IMG/VR virus record: IMGVR_UViG_3300028394_000044
Span: 1 to 64,000 of that record
Source of the DNA: a virus
Reading direction: 5' to 3' (one strand)
Length of the DNA stretch: 64,000 nt
Of this stretch, positions 40,337-50,195 are shown in pieces. The notes below the pieces were generated by a model. It searched no databases. It saw only the letters and a list, made by a program, of their open reading frames with translations, and was not told the origin of the DNA. The first letter of the stretch is position 1; every line of letters starts with the position of its first letter. The position numbers were made by a program, and so were the translations under genes.

Positions 40337-40492
40337 ATGGAAACAAGAGATTTTATTGATTTATTAGGAGCTGGTGAAGCATCCGAAGCTAAAAATGCTT
40401 TGGAAGAATTGCTCTCAGCTAAAGCATTTGATGCATTAGAAACAAAAAAACAAGAAATTGCATCCACACTTTTCACTACACAAGAAACATAA
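40337..40492 (+). CDS. Prohead core protein gp67-like (51 aa; not in ORF track)
   Basis: SD TAAGGAG, METRDFIDLL..AFDALETKKQEIASTLF; position immediately after portal. Confidence 0.7.
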   Translation: METRDFIDLLGAGEASEAKNALEELLSAKAFDALETKKQEIASTLFTTQET

Positions 40493-41187
40493 TGAAATCT
40501 TTACAAGAATTTAAATTAATTTCTGAGGAAGAAAAACAAGACTTCACTAAGTTTGATGCGCTTGTTCGTGCAGGTTTAGCCAATAAAGCACAACTTCAAA
40601 GATTGCATAAAATTCTCAGTAAAATGTCGGAAGAAAAACCTAATTTTTCACCAGCAGATAAAGCTATTATACAAAATGTATTTTCGAAAATGGTTGATTT
40701 GATTACTAATAATCCTCAAATTAATCGCCAAGTACGTAAGGCGGTTAATGAGAATGTTCATGATACTTCAGATTTCAAACTTGATGCTACAGGCAGAAAA
40801 GTCAAGGCACACAGGTTTAAAATAGGCAAAGATGAAACAATTGAAGAATCGATTAGTAATCAACCTCCCTACGTTATTGTTCTTAAAAGAACAGCAATTC
40901 GTTTGTATCCTAATGGAACAAAAGTTGCAACTTATTATAGTCAACGTTTAAATAAAGAATTTGCTATACCTTTTAGTGAAGATTCACTAAATATACAATC
41001 AGAAGGTTACGTTGTAGATTTTGATGACGGTGAATTTGTATTGGTAGATTTTGATACGGCATCAATAATGAATCAAGTATATGAATCCTTGAATAATGCA
41101 AACAAAGATAAATTTGCTAATATGATGCATGAATCTTTAGAACAATTTGAAAAGGCAAAATCTTTTGCTCTGAGTAAAACTAAATGA
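40492..41187 (+). CDS. Prohead core-associated hypothetical protein
   Basis: PPYVIVLKR.AIRLYP; VYESLN..NK.KF; between gp67 and gp68. Confidence 0.55.
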   Translation: MKSLQEFKLISEEEKQDFTKFDALVRAGLANKAQLQRLHKILSKMSEEKPNFSPADKAIIQNVFSKMVDLITNNPQINRQVRKAVNENVHDTSDFKLDATGRKVKAHRFKIGKDETIEESISNQPPYVIVLKRTAIRLYPNGTKVATYYSQRLNKEFAIPFSEDSLNIQSEGYVVDFDDGEFVLVDFDTASIMNQVYESLNNANKDKFANMMHESLEQFEKAKSFALSKTK

Positions 41188-41624
41188 GATTAATTGACTT
41201 CATATTTGAAGGTAGAGCTGTAGAAGCAAGAGAAGAAATTTTTTCTCGCTTAAATGATATTGTAGCTAAACGTTTAGAAGAAGCAAAGCAAATTATTGCA
41301 ACACATATATATGAAGAGATAGAGATTCTTGATGAAGCTCCTTCACGTAATATTATTAGACAAGGTAGAGTTGAAAAGATTCGCCGTAGAATTAGACGTA
41401 ATTCACAAGGACGAATTGTAGTTCAACGTAACGTTAAACGTTCTGCTCTAAAAGGATTTAAAATTTCTGGAAATACTGTAAAAAGAATACCTGCTATGCA
41501 ACGTATTCAAAAGACCAGAAAGTTGAAAAGATATTGGAAAACAAAAGGTAGGGCTAAAATGAATAGAACATTATTAAAAAGAAAAATGTCAATTCGCCGC
41601 CGCACATCAATGGGAATAAAATAA
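41184..41624 (+). CDS. Prohead core protein gp68-like
   Basis: Highly basic C-terminus KRKMSIRRRTSMG; synteny. Confidence 0.7.
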   Translation: MRLIDFIFEGRAVEAREEIFSRLNDIVAKRLEEAKQIIATHIYEEIEILDEAPSRNIIRQGRVEKIRRRIRRNSQGRIVVQRNVKRSALKGFKISGNTVKRIPAMQRIQKTRKLKRYWKTKGRAKMNRTLLKRKMSIRRRTSMGIK

Positions 41625-41625
41625 A

Positions 41626-41985
41626 ATGTCATATGAAGTAAACAATACTCTGAGGGGCACAAGTGTAATTCGTGTAGTTGATCCTGGCACGTATACAATT
41701 ACTTTAGCAAACCTTTCTTCTAATACACAATTAGAGACGGTTAGTGCAGCAAACATTAAACGTATTCAATGGTCATCAAATGGTTACATCAATATCGGTC
41801 GGGGTGCTACACCAACTCCAATGTTGGCATTATCTCAATCTGGTGAAATGTATTTTGATACATTAGGATATTCATTAGCAAACACCAATACGGGTAACGT
41901 TGTTGTTACCGTTGTAACGGGTGGCACTGTTGTTATGGAAGTATCTAAGATTGCAACTTATTCAACCAACTTGGATAATACGTAA
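41626..41985 (+). CDS. Small conserved head-region protein
   Basis: 119 aa beta-rich, immediately upstream of gp21. Confidence 0.55.
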   Translation: MSYEVNNTLRGTSVIRVVDPGTYTITLANLSSNTQLETVSAANIKRIQWSSNGYINIGRGATPTPMLALSQSGEMYFDTLGYSLANTNTGNVVVTVVTGGTVVMEVSKIATYSTNLDNT

Positions 41986-41986
41986 C

Positions 41987-42640
41987 ATGAAACTAATTAC
42001 AGAAACAGTTGAAGACGTAAGATATTTAACTGAAAAAACGGAAGATGGAAAGAAAAATCTTTTTATTGAAGGTATCTTTCTTGTAGGCGAACAGGCAAAC
42101 AGAAATCGTAGAATGTATAAAATAAATACTCTACGTGAAGAAGTTGGTCGTTATACAACTGAATTCATCAAGACAAATCGTGCTCTTGGTGAACTTGGAC
42201 ATCCTGATACACCATCAATTAATTTAGAACGTGTGTGTATCAAAATTGAATCTTTGAAAGAAGATGGCGGTAATAGATTCATCGGTAAAGCGAGAGTTTT
42301 AGAAACTCCATATGGCAATATTGTTAAAAACTTTATTGAGTCTGGTGTTTCTTTGGGTGTTTCTTCCAGAGGTATGGGTTCATTAGTTCCTGGTCGTGAT
42401 GGTATTAACATTGTAGGCGATGACTTTAGATTAGCTACGGCTGCGGATGTTGTTGCTGATCCATCAGCACCAGGTGCATTTGTGAATGGTATTATGGAAA
42501 ACAAAGAATGGGTATTTGTTGAAGGACGTTTTGTGGAAATGCACATAGATAACGCAAAACGTCAAATACAACAAGCATCTAGAAAAGATATTGAACAAGT
42601 GGCTTATCGCCTCTTTGAAAACTTTATTTCAAAACTTTAA
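41987..42640 (+). CDS. gp21: Prohead protease gp21
   Basis: Start re-assigned to ATG 41987 (MKLITE); RALGELGHP; GVSSRGMGS; DVVADPSAPGAFV. Confidence 0.95.
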   Translation: MKLITETVEDVRYLTEKTEDGKKNLFIEGIFLVGEQANRNRRMYKINTLREEVGRYTTEFIKTNRALGELGHPDTPSINLERVCIKIESLKEDGGNRFIGKARVLETPYGNIVKNFIESGVSLGVSSRGMGSLVPGRDGINIVGDDFRLATAADVVADPSAPGAFVNGIMENKEWVFVEGRFVEMHIDNAKRQIQQASRKDIEQVAYRLFENFISKL

Positions 42641-42643
42641 AAT

Positions 42644-42651
42644 TATAAATA
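42644..42651 (+). promoter_or_regulatory. T4-type late promoter TATAAATA
   Basis: Exact consensus upstream of gp22-gp23. Confidence 0.8.
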
Positions 42652-42675
42652 GATAAACACAAAAGGAGATTCCTA

Positions 42676-43668
42676 ATGGCTACTAATAAACTTTTTGAGG
42701 CTGCGGCTGAAATTCTTGCTTCCGGCAAGGGTAAGAATGCTATGCCTACACAAAAGCTGGACGGCGAAACCGTAGACGCTGGTGGACCAACACCAGAAAA
42801 TTATAAACAAGATGATGATTCTGCAAAGATCACACCCGCAACAAAGAGCGCAACTCCAGCAACAACAAAAGCATCAGATGCTTCTGCCGAAATGGCTAAG
42901 AAGACTCTTTCTAAAGAAGAAACCGAAGCTGAAGAATTTATGGATCTTTCTGATGATATTGATGCTATGTTTGCGGATGACAATACCATTTCTGAAGAAT
43001 TTAAAACTAAAGTTTCCACAATTTTTGAAGCACGTGTTTTAGATCGTATTTCACAAATTGAAGAAAATATTGAATCACATTATTCTTCTTTGTTAGAAGA
43101 AGCAGTTGAGTCCGTTAAAACAGACTTAACAGAAAAAGTTAATGATTACCTTGCTTACGTTGTTGAGCAATGGATGGCAGATAATGAAATCGCTATTGAA
43201 AAAGGCATTCGTGCTGAATTAACAGAAGATTTTATTTCTGGCCTACGTAATTTATTTGCAGAACATTATATTGATGTTCCTGCCGAAAAAGTTGACCTAG
43301 TCGATGAAATGGCTTCAAAGATTGATGATCTTGAAGTTAAACTCGATGAAGAAGTTGAGCGCAATGTAGAGTACCGTAAGGCTCTTATTGAAGCTCACAA
43401 AGTTGAAGCTACCCGTGAAGTTTGTGAAGGTTTGACCGACACTCAAGTTGAAAAGATTAAATCGCTTGCAGAGAGCGTAGAGTTTTCCACAGAGGAAGAA
43501 TATAAATCTAAACTTGAAACTATTCGTGAAAACTATTTTCCTTCCGGAGTTAAGAAGGCTGATGAAGGCCAACTTAATGAGCAAGTAGAGCAAGTTGGTG
43601 ATGTTAAAATTACTGATGCTTACATGAACTCAATCGTCCAATCAATTTCAAAAACAACAAGAATTTAA
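42676..43668 (+). CDS. gp22: Prohead scaffold protein gp22
   Basis: SEEFKTK..TIFEA; YL.YVVEQWM..N; F.EHYIDVP; acidic coiled coil. Confidence 0.93.
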   Translation: MATNKLFEAAAEILASGKGKNAMPTQKLDGETVDAGGPTPENYKQDDDSAKITPATKSATPATTKASDASAEMAKKTLSKEETEAEEFMDLSDDIDAMFADDNTISEEFKTKVSTIFEARVLDRISQIEENIESHYSSLLEEAVESVKTDLTEKVNDYLAYVVEQWMADNEIAIEKGIRAELTEDFISGLRNLFAEHYIDVPAEKVDLVDEMASKIDDLEVKLDEEVERNVEYRKALIEAHKVEATREVCEGLTDTQVEKIKSLAESVEFSTEEEYKSKLETIRENYFPSGVKKADEGQLNEQVEQVGDVKITDAYMNSIVQSISKTTRI

Positions 43669-43690
43669 TTTAAATCAAGGAGTATCCTAA

Positions 43691-45025
43691 ATGTTTCTTT
43701 CCGAAAATCTACAAAAAAAGTGGGCACCTGTTCTAGAACATGCTGACCTACCAAAAATTACTGATCCATATAAGCGTGCTGTTACAGCCGTTATTTTGGA
43801 AAATCAGATCCAAGCAATGCAAAAAGACGCTGGTTATTTAACAGAAGCTGTACCTACAAACGCTTCTGGTACCGGTGGTTTTGGTGGTGCTGACGCTCAA
43901 AACGGCGGTCCAGTAGCCGGTTTCGATCCAATCCTTATTAGCTTGGTTCGCCGTTCATTGCCTAATTTGATTGCTTATGACGTTTGCGGTGTACAACCAA
44001 TGACTGGTCCTACAGGCATGATCTTTGCAATGCGTTCAATGTATGCAACTGACCGTACTACAGCTACTGGTACAGAAGCATTCTACAACGAAGCTAATAC
44101 TGCTCATTCTGGTGTTTCCAATTCTGTCCAACAAACATTGGCATTGAAAGGTTCTACTTCTGACCGTGCATATGGTGTCTTTGATGCTAACACGGCCGCT
44201 GCTATGGCTACAGCTACTGCTGAAAACTTGACACCACTTGAAATGGGTTTCAGCATTGAGAAAGTTACAGTTACTGCAAAGACACGTGCTTTGAAGGCTG
44301 AATACTCAATGGAACTTGCACAAGATTTAAAAGCAGTTCACGGTCTAGACGCTGAAACAGAATTGTCTAACATTCTGTCTTCTGAAATTCTTGCTGAAAT
44401 TAACCGTGAAGTTCTGCGTACAATCTACACAGTTTCTAAAGTTGGTTGCAAAGTTGGTACAACTACTGTTGGTACATTCGACTTGGACACTGACTCTAAC
44501 GGTCGTTGGATGGTTGAAAAAGTTAAAGGTTTGGCTTTCCAAATCGAACGTGAAGCTAACCAAATTGCTAAATTGACTCGTAGAGGTAAAGGCAATACAT
44601 TGATCTGTTCTTCTGACGTAGCTTCTGCTTTGGCAATGGCTGGTTTGTTGGACTATCAATCTGCATTGCAGAGCCAAGTTAACTTGACAGTTGACGATAC
44701 AGGTAACACATTTGCTGGTACATTGTTCGGTCGTATCAAAGTGTATATTGATCCATATTTCCCAACAGGCGCAACTTCCGAGTTCGCAGTTGTTGGTTTC
44801 AAAGGTTCTAATGCATATGATGCTGGTCTGTTCTATTGCCCATACGTTCCTTTGCAAATGGTTCGCGCAGTTGACACTAACACCTTCCAACCAAAAATTG
44901 GTTTCAAGACACGTTACGGTCTAGTTGCTAATCCATTCGCTGAAGGTACTGCTGCTGGTCTTGGTGCGTTGAATGCTACTGCAAACAACTACTATCGCGC
45001 ATTTAAGATTACAAACATTATGTAA
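43691..45025 (+). CDS. gp23: Major capsid protein gp23
   Basis: GVQPMTGPTG.IFA; RALKAEYS.ELAQDLKAVHGLDAE; FYCPYVPL; FQPKIGFKTRYG. Confidence 0.98.
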   Translation: MFLSENLQKKWAPVLEHADLPKITDPYKRAVTAVILENQIQAMQKDAGYLTEAVPTNASGTGGFGGADAQNGGPVAGFDPILISLVRRSLPNLIAYDVCGVQPMTGPTGMIFAMRSMYATDRTTATGTEAFYNEANTAHSGVSNSVQQTLALKGSTSDRAYGVFDANTAAAMATATAENLTPLEMGFSIEKVTVTAKTRALKAEYSMELAQDLKAVHGLDAETELSNILSSEILAEINREVLRTIYTVSKVGCKVGTTTVGTFDLDTDSNGRWMVEKVKGLAFQIEREANQIAKLTRRGKGNTLICSSDVASALAMAGLLDYQSALQSQVNLTVDDTGNTFAGTLFGRIKVYIDPYFPTGATSEFAVVGFKGSNAYDAGLFYCPYVPLQMVRAVDTNTFQPKIGFKTRYGLVANPFAEGTAAGLGALNATANNYYRAFKITNIM

Positions 45026-45055
45026 TCAAAACCTCCGTTAAGAGAGGTACTTTAG

Positions 45056-45083
45056 AGGGAGATCGAAAGGTCTCCCTTTTTTT
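45056..45083 (+). terminator. Rho-independent terminator after gp23
   Basis: AGGGAGATC-GAAA-GGTCTCCCT plus T7; preceded by a small ACCTC..GAGGT hairpin (45031-45048). Confidence 0.88.
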
Positions 45084-45086
45084 GTA

Positions 45087-45094
45087 TATAAATA
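45087..45094 (+). promoter_or_regulatory. T4-type late promoter TATAAATA
   Basis: Exact consensus 5 nt upstream of the gp3 ATG. Confidence 0.75.
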
Positions 45095-45099
45095 TACAC

Positions 45100-45633
45100 A
45101 TGACTACAGCAATATCAACAACACCAATTAATCAGAATTTTCTTCACCCAAATAAGTTCCAGATGAACTTTGCTCGGTTGCCAGATATGCAATTCTTTTG
45201 TCAGTCTGTAAACGTACCTGGTATTTCATTAGGTGAAATTTCCGTACCTACTCCTTTCGTTGAAATGTATTCTCCGGGGGAAAAGGCAATTTATGATATA
45301 TTAAATGTAACTTTTGCTATTGATGAAGATATGCAATCATGGTTAAAAATACATGATTGGATTCGTGCTATGACGTTTCCGGAAGACTTTGACCAGTACA
45401 AACAACTGGGTAGATTATCTAGCAAAATAAGTAATCCAGCGGCGCCACAATTCTCAGATGCAACTTTAACGATACTTTCTTCAGCTTACACGCCCAATAT
45501 AAGATTCAAATTTACTAATTTGTTTCCTACTTCTCTTTCTTCTTTTGTACTAGCTACGGCAGATAGCCCACAATCAATATTAACTGCCGATGTATCGTTC
45601 AGATTTACTTATTATACTATTGACAAATTTTGA
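45100..45633 (+). CDS. gp3: Tail tube terminator/completion protein gp3
   Basis: NFLHPNKF..FFCQSVNVPGISL..F.IDED..W..IHDW..FSDATL; start re-assigned to ATG 45100. Confidence 0.88.
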   Translation: MTTAISTTPINQNFLHPNKFQMNFARLPDMQFFCQSVNVPGISLGEISVPTPFVEMYSPGEKAIYDILNVTFAIDEDMQSWLKIHDWIRAMTFPEDFDQYKQLGRLSSKISNPAAPQFSDATLTILSSAYTPNIRFKFTNLFPTSLSSFVLATADSPQSILTADVSFRFTYYTIDKF

Positions 45634-45648
45634 TAAATGATGTAAACT
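45620..45648 (+). promoter_or_regulatory. Sigma70-type promoter for uvsY-uvsW
   Basis: TTGACA-17nt-TAAACT with TG extension. Confidence 0.7.
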
Positions 45649-45667
45649 CCTAGAAGGAGATTTTGTA

Positions 45668-46102
45668 ATGACTAAACTTGATGAACTAATGACAGAATGG
45701 AGTAAAGACTCCCAGATTGACCGTACCGAACCAGGTAAGGCTCTAATTGACATATCCAAACTACACTCGAAATACCTGAATATTCTTTCTAGACATAAGT
45801 TATTGTCTAAAGAAGCTGAGTTCAGATTTAATAAAATGAAGAAAATTAAATGGGAATATTATACAGGTAAAATGGGAGATGATGATCTAAAGAAATATGG
45901 TTGGACTCCTTTTCCTTTTGTACTCAAATCTGACATTGCTACATATATGGATGCTGATGATGATTTGAATAAACATCTAGCAAATAAAATGGTGCATGAA
46001 GAGATTGTAGATAGTTGTGAGCTTATAATGAAAGAATTACATAGCAGAACTTTTCAATTAAAATCATTCATAGATTGGGAGAGGTTCATTCAGGGTGTAT
46101 GA
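45668..46102 (+). CDS. uvsY: Recombination mediator UvsY
   Basis: W.KDS.ID..LHSKYL..KWEYYTGK..R.FQLKSFIDW.RF. Confidence 0.9.
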   Translation: MTKLDELMTEWSKDSQIDRTEPGKALIDISKLHSKYLNILSRHKLLSKEAEFRFNKMKKIKWEYYTGKMGDDDLKKYGWTPFPFVLKSDIATYMDADDDLNKHLANKMVHEEIVDSCELIMKELHSRTFQLKSFIDWERFIQGV

Positions 46103-47564
46103 TGTAATAGTACATAAAGTAAATGAAGCGTTTGTTAGTATAGAATGTGAAAGAAGTTTAGCTCAAGAAGTTTCTGACCATTTTACATTTTACGTACCAA
46201 ACCACCAATTTACTCCAGCGTTCCGTAATCGATTATGGGATGGTAAAATTAGACTTCTAGATTTAAGGTCAAATCAAATATATTATGGTTTGTTGCCTTA
46301 CCTAGAAAAGTTTTGTATTGATAGAGAATACAAAATTCATTTTGACCGTGATGTGAATGTTACAGAAAACATTTCACTTAAAGAGGCAAAAGACTTTATT
46401 GCTACATTAAATTTACCAACTAACTTGGAACAAAGAGATTATCAAATTGAATCTTTTGTTCATGCAATTCGTAATAAGAGGGTTTTGTTGTTGTCACCAA
46501 CTTCTTCAGGTAAATCTTTTATTCAATATCTGATTATTAGGCACATACAAACGCAGTGTAAAAAAGGCTTGATGATTGTTCCACGTACATCATTAGCTGA
46601 ACAAATGTATACCGATTTTGCTTCTTATGGATACGATTCGGAAAAATATTGTCATAGACAATATGCAGGTAAGGATAAATTTACAGACAAGTTTTTGACA
46701 ATAACAACTTGGCAATCCATATACACCTTACCTAAAGAATATTTTGAACAATTTGATTTTGTTCTTGGTGATGAAGCACATGAATTCAAAGCAAAATCTT
46801 TGACTACAATTATGTCAGGACTTGAGAATACAAAATATCGTATTGGTTGCACCGGAACTTTAGATGGTACTCAAACCCACAAACTAATGCTTGAAGGTTT
46901 GTTTGGTCCTGTATTGAAAGTTATTACCACCAAAGAATTGATGGATAAAAATTATGTTGCAGATTTCAAAATTAAATGTTTGATTTTAAAATATCCAAAA
47001 GAAATATGTTCAGAAATAAAAAAACTAGACTATCATGGAGAGATTGACTACATAGTTAAGAACACTGCTAGAAATAACTTCATTAAAAATTTATCACTAT
47101 CACTCAAAGGCAATAGTCTTATTTTGTTTCAGTTGGTAGAAAAACATGGTAAAGAGTTATATAGAATCATTGATGCGGAAAAAAATAGCAGAAAAGTATT
47201 TTTCGTATATGGTGCAACAGATGTTCAAGTTAGAGAAGATGTTCGTAGAATTGTGGAAAAAGAAAATGATGCAATTATTGTTGCGTCTTATGGTACCTTT
47301 TCTACTGGGGTTAATATTAGGAATCTTCACAATGTTATTTTTGCAAGTCCTTCTAAATCAAGAATCAGAAACTTGCAATCCATCGGAAGAGGTTTACGAA
47401 AAGGCGATAACAAATCACAAGCAATATTATTTGATATAGCTGACGATTTCAGAATAGGTAAACATAAAAACTTTACATTGAATCATTTCATCGAAAGAGT
47501 TAAGATTTATGAAGAAGAAAAATTCACTTACAAATTTTACCCTATAGAGTTAAAAAATGGATAA
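46095..47564 (+). CDS. uvsW: RNA-DNA/DNA helicase UvsW
   Basis: WDGKIRL; RDYQ; PTSSGKS; DEAH; QSIGRGLR. Confidence 0.95.
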   Translation: MYDVIVHKVNEAFVSIECERSLAQEVSDHFTFYVPNHQFTPAFRNRLWDGKIRLLDLRSNQIYYGLLPYLEKFCIDREYKIHFDRDVNVTENISLKEAKDFIATLNLPTNLEQRDYQIESFVHAIRNKRVLLLSPTSSGKSFIQYLIIRHIQTQCKKGLMIVPRTSLAEQMYTDFASYGYDSEKYCHRQYAGKDKFTDKFLTITTWQSIYTLPKEYFEQFDFVLGDEAHEFKAKSLTTIMSGLENTKYRIGCTGTLDGTQTHKLMLEGLFGPVLKVITTKELMDKNYVADFKIKCLILKYPKEICSEIKKLDYHGEIDYIVKNTARNNFIKNLSLSLKGNSLILFQLVEKHGKELYRIIDAEKNSRKVFFVYGATDVQVREDVRRIVEKENDAIIVASYGTFSTGVNIRNLHNVIFASPSKSRIRNLQSIGRGLRKGDNKSQAILFDIADDFRIGKHKNFTLNHFIERVKIYEEEKFTYKFYPIELKNG

Positions 47565-47949
47565 CATTCAAATTATTAGATTACGTGACGGTGAAGATAT
47601 TATTGCTAACATAGCAAAGTCTGACCATAGTGTGTTTCACCTTACTAACCCAATGTCACTTTTTCATAAAAGAATGTCTGAAGGTAGAATGGTAGTCTTT
47701 ATGACACCTTGGTTACCTATTGAGATAATTGAAATAAACGAAGCTAAGATATTCTGTAATGAGGTTCTTACTCTTATTGAACCTAAGAAATCTATGACAG
47801 AGTATTACACCAAGGCAGTTGCTGAGATGAATGAGAATCTTGAACACTTGGAAGAAAACATCACAGCGTATGATGAGATGGAAGAAGATGAAGAACCATC
47901 AGAACAACTACCAGTTATTGAAGATGTAAAAGATAAAGTAATACATTAA
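47557..47949 (+). CDS. Conserved hypothetical protein (Sm-like N-terminus) between uvsW and gp55
   Basis: IIRLRDGEDIIA..NPM..PW; synteny. Confidence 0.65.
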   Translation: MDNIQIIRLRDGEDIIANIAKSDHSVFHLTNPMSLFHKRMSEGRMVVFMTPWLPIEIIEINEAKIFCNEVLTLIEPKKSMTEYYTKAVAEMNENLEHLEENITAYDEMEEDEEPSEQLPVIEDVKDKVIH

Positions 47950-47964
47950 AATGCAACACTAGTG

Positions 47965-47993
47965 ATTGTACAGAGACTTTCTCCTTTTGTCAA
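47965..47993 (-). promoter_or_regulatory. Sigma70-type promoter on the minus strand (antisense)
   Basis: Minus strand reads TTGACA-aaaggagaaagtctctg(17)-TACAAT with TG extension. Confidence 0.65.
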
Positions 47994-48024
47994 GCACTAT
48001 TTGAGGCAATATTGAAAATAATAT

Positions 48025-48053
48025 TTGATTTAAATTATGAAACGTGATACAAT
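48025..48053 (+). promoter_or_regulatory. Sigma70-type promoter for gp55
   Basis: TTGATT-17nt-TACAAT. Confidence 0.55.
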
Positions 48054-48059
48054 AGATTT

Positions 48060-48668
48060 ATGAATGAAACACTTGCCCCAGAAAAACTAGTAATGTCCAA
48101 ATCAAAACACTATGTCAATAATGCAGATTTTCTAATTGCATTAAATGAATATAATCAAACTTGTGAAAATTGTAGAGCTACAGGTAAAACTGAGCCTAAT
48201 ATTCCAAATTATATTGGCGAATGTTTTCTGAAAATTGCTACACACTTATCCCGCAAACCAAATTTTATATCATATTCATTCCGTGAAGAAATGATTGGTG
48301 ATGGTATTGAAAACTGTATGATGTATTTTAGAAATTTCGATCCTTCAAAATCTTCTAATCCTTTTGCTTATTTTACACAGATTATTTACTTTGCTTTTCT
48401 AAGAAGAATACAAAAAGAGAAAAAGCAATTATATTTAAAATATAAAGCTACTGAACAATTTGGTCTTCTTGGCGAAGGTGAAATGTATGAAGACGTTGAC
48501 GGTAATATGAAACAATTTGTACTTTATGATAATATTTCAGAATTTATCCATACGTTTGAAGAAAAGAAAGCGGCAAAGAAGAAAACAAAGACTAAAGGAC
48601 TTGACAAATTCATAGAACCTGATATAATTGAAGAATTGATATTACCAGAAGATAGTGAAGAGTTATGA
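48060..48668 (+). CDS. gp55: Late-transcription sigma factor gp55
   Basis: HYVNN; YIGECFLKIA.HLS.KPNF; NPFAYFTQI.YFAFLRRIQKEKKQ. Confidence 0.95.
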   Translation: MNETLAPEKLVMSKSKHYVNNADFLIALNEYNQTCENCRATGKTEPNIPNYIGECFLKIATHLSRKPNFISYSFREEMIGDGIENCMMYFRNFDPSKSSNPFAYFTQIIYFAFLRRIQKEKKQLYLKYKATEQFGLLGEGEMYEDVDGNMKQFVLYDNISEFIHTFEEKKAAKKKTKTKGLDKFIEPDIIEELILPEDSEEL

Positions 48669-49126
48669 TGAAAATTGGATTTACTTGCTCAACATTTGAT
48701 TTGTTTCATGCAGGTCACATTATGATGTTGAAAGATGCTAAAGAAAAATGTGGGTATCTGATTGTCGGGTTACAAACAGATCCAACAATTGACCGAGAAG
48801 AAAAGAATAAACCTGTACAGTCCGTATTTGAACGATTTATTCAACTTGATGCGTGTAAGTACGTAGATGAAGTTGTCGTTTATGCTACAGAAAAAGAATT
48901 ATTGGATATTCTTCAGTCGTATCATATTGACGTTCGTATTATTGGTGAAGAGTATCAAGATAAAATATTTACTGGCAAAGAACTTGATATTGAAACTTAC
49001 TACAACAAACGTAGACATAGTTTTTCCACTACAGAATTACGTAAAAGAGTACAAGAAGCAGAATCGTTGAAATCAGCTAAAAACGATGATATGCGAATTG
49101 CCTCAGTTAAAAACGATAAGTGGTGA
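48665..49126 (+). CDS. tagD: Glycerol-3-phosphate cytidylyltransferase-like (TagD family)
   Basis: FDLFHAGH (HxGH); LIVGLQTDP; R.HSFSTT. Confidence 0.85.
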   Translation: MMKIGFTCSTFDLFHAGHIMMLKDAKEKCGYLIVGLQTDPTIDREEKNKPVQSVFERFIQLDACKYVDEVVVYATEKELLDILQSYHIDVRIIGEEYQDKIFTGKELDIETYYNKRRHSFSTTELRKRVQEAESLKSAKNDDMRIASVKNDKW

Positions 49127-49140
49127 TATGCGAATTGCCT
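49087..49140 (+). repeat. 17-bp exact direct repeat TGATATGCGAATTGCCT at the tagD/gp47 junction
   Basis: Copies at 49087-49103 and 49124-49140. Confidence 0.9.
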
Positions 49141-50195
49141 TAATAAACGATACACATGCAGGCGCACGTGGAGATAGCTTACTCTTCAATGAATTCTTTT
49201 TTAAATTCTGGGAAGGCACATTTTTTCCCTACTTAAAAGAAAATAACATTAAACACATTGTTCATTTGGGTGATGTTGTTGATCGCCGTAAGTTTATAAA
49301 CTATGTAATTTTAAATCAATGGAGAACACGTTTCTTTGATGTACTACAGCGTGAAGGCATCACAATGGATGTTATCGTTGGCAATCATGATGTTACATTC
49401 AAAAATACAAATGAAATTAATGCAATGCATGAATTGTTTGACCATTACACAAATATTCAAGTATTGATAGCACCGAAATTAAATAATTACGATGGTCTTG
49501 ATGTGCTGATGGTTCCATGGATTAACTCTGGCAACTATGAACAATCAATGGAAGAACTTAGCACAACTTCTGCACAAGTTGCATTTGGACATTTTGAAAT
49601 TGCTGGCTTTGAAATGGATAGAGGCAATATATCACATTCAGGTTTAGATAGAAAAGTTTTTGATAAATTTGACATGGTTTTGTCTGGTCACTTCCATCAC
49701 AAATCTACAGATGGTACAATTTACTATCTTGGTAATCAATATGAAATCACTTGGGCAGATCATGAAGATACTCGCGGGTTCCATGTGTTTGATACGACAA
49801 CAAGAGACTTGACATTTATTCAAAATCCCAATAAAATATTTTATAAAGTTTCATATGATGATTCTGTGCAAGACTTTTCTTCGTGGAAAAAATATGACTA
49901 TTCGCAACACAAAAATACATATGTTAAAATTGTTGTAGTCAATAAACAAAATTCATACATGTTTGATTATGTTATAGATGCAATGTACAAGGCACAAGTT
50001 GCTGATATTGCTATTGTTGAAGACTACACGGATATCTCTATAGAAGATGATGAAGAATTGGTAAATCAAGCTGAAGATACAATGACAATTCTTGCCAAAT
50101 ATATTGATGGATTGACAGTTAATGTCGATTCGACTAAACTCAAAAATTTAATGCGTGAGTTATATGTCGAATCTTTGAATACAGAAATTGAATGA
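49128..50195 (+). CDS. gp47: Recombination endonuclease gp47 (Mre11/SbcD-like)
   Basis: DTH, GDVVD, GNHD, GHFH phosphoesterase motifs; start re-assigned to ATG 49128. Confidence 0.94.
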   Translation: MRIALINDTHAGARGDSLLFNEFFFKFWEGTFFPYLKENNIKHIVHLGDVVDRRKFINYVILNQWRTRFFDVLQREGITMDVIVGNHDVTFKNTNEINAMHELFDHYTNIQVLIAPKLNNYDGLDVLMVPWINSGNYEQSMEELSTTSAQVAFGHFEIAGFEMDRGNISHSGLDRKVFDKFDMVLSGHFHHKSTDGTIYYLGNQYEITWADHEDTRGFHVFDTTTRDLTFIQNPNKIFYKVSYDDSVQDFSSWKKYDYSQHKNTYVKIVVVNKQNSYMFDYVIDAMYKAQVADIAIVEDYTDISIEDDEELVNQAEDTMTILAKYIDGLTVNVDSTKLKNLMRELYVESLNTEIE

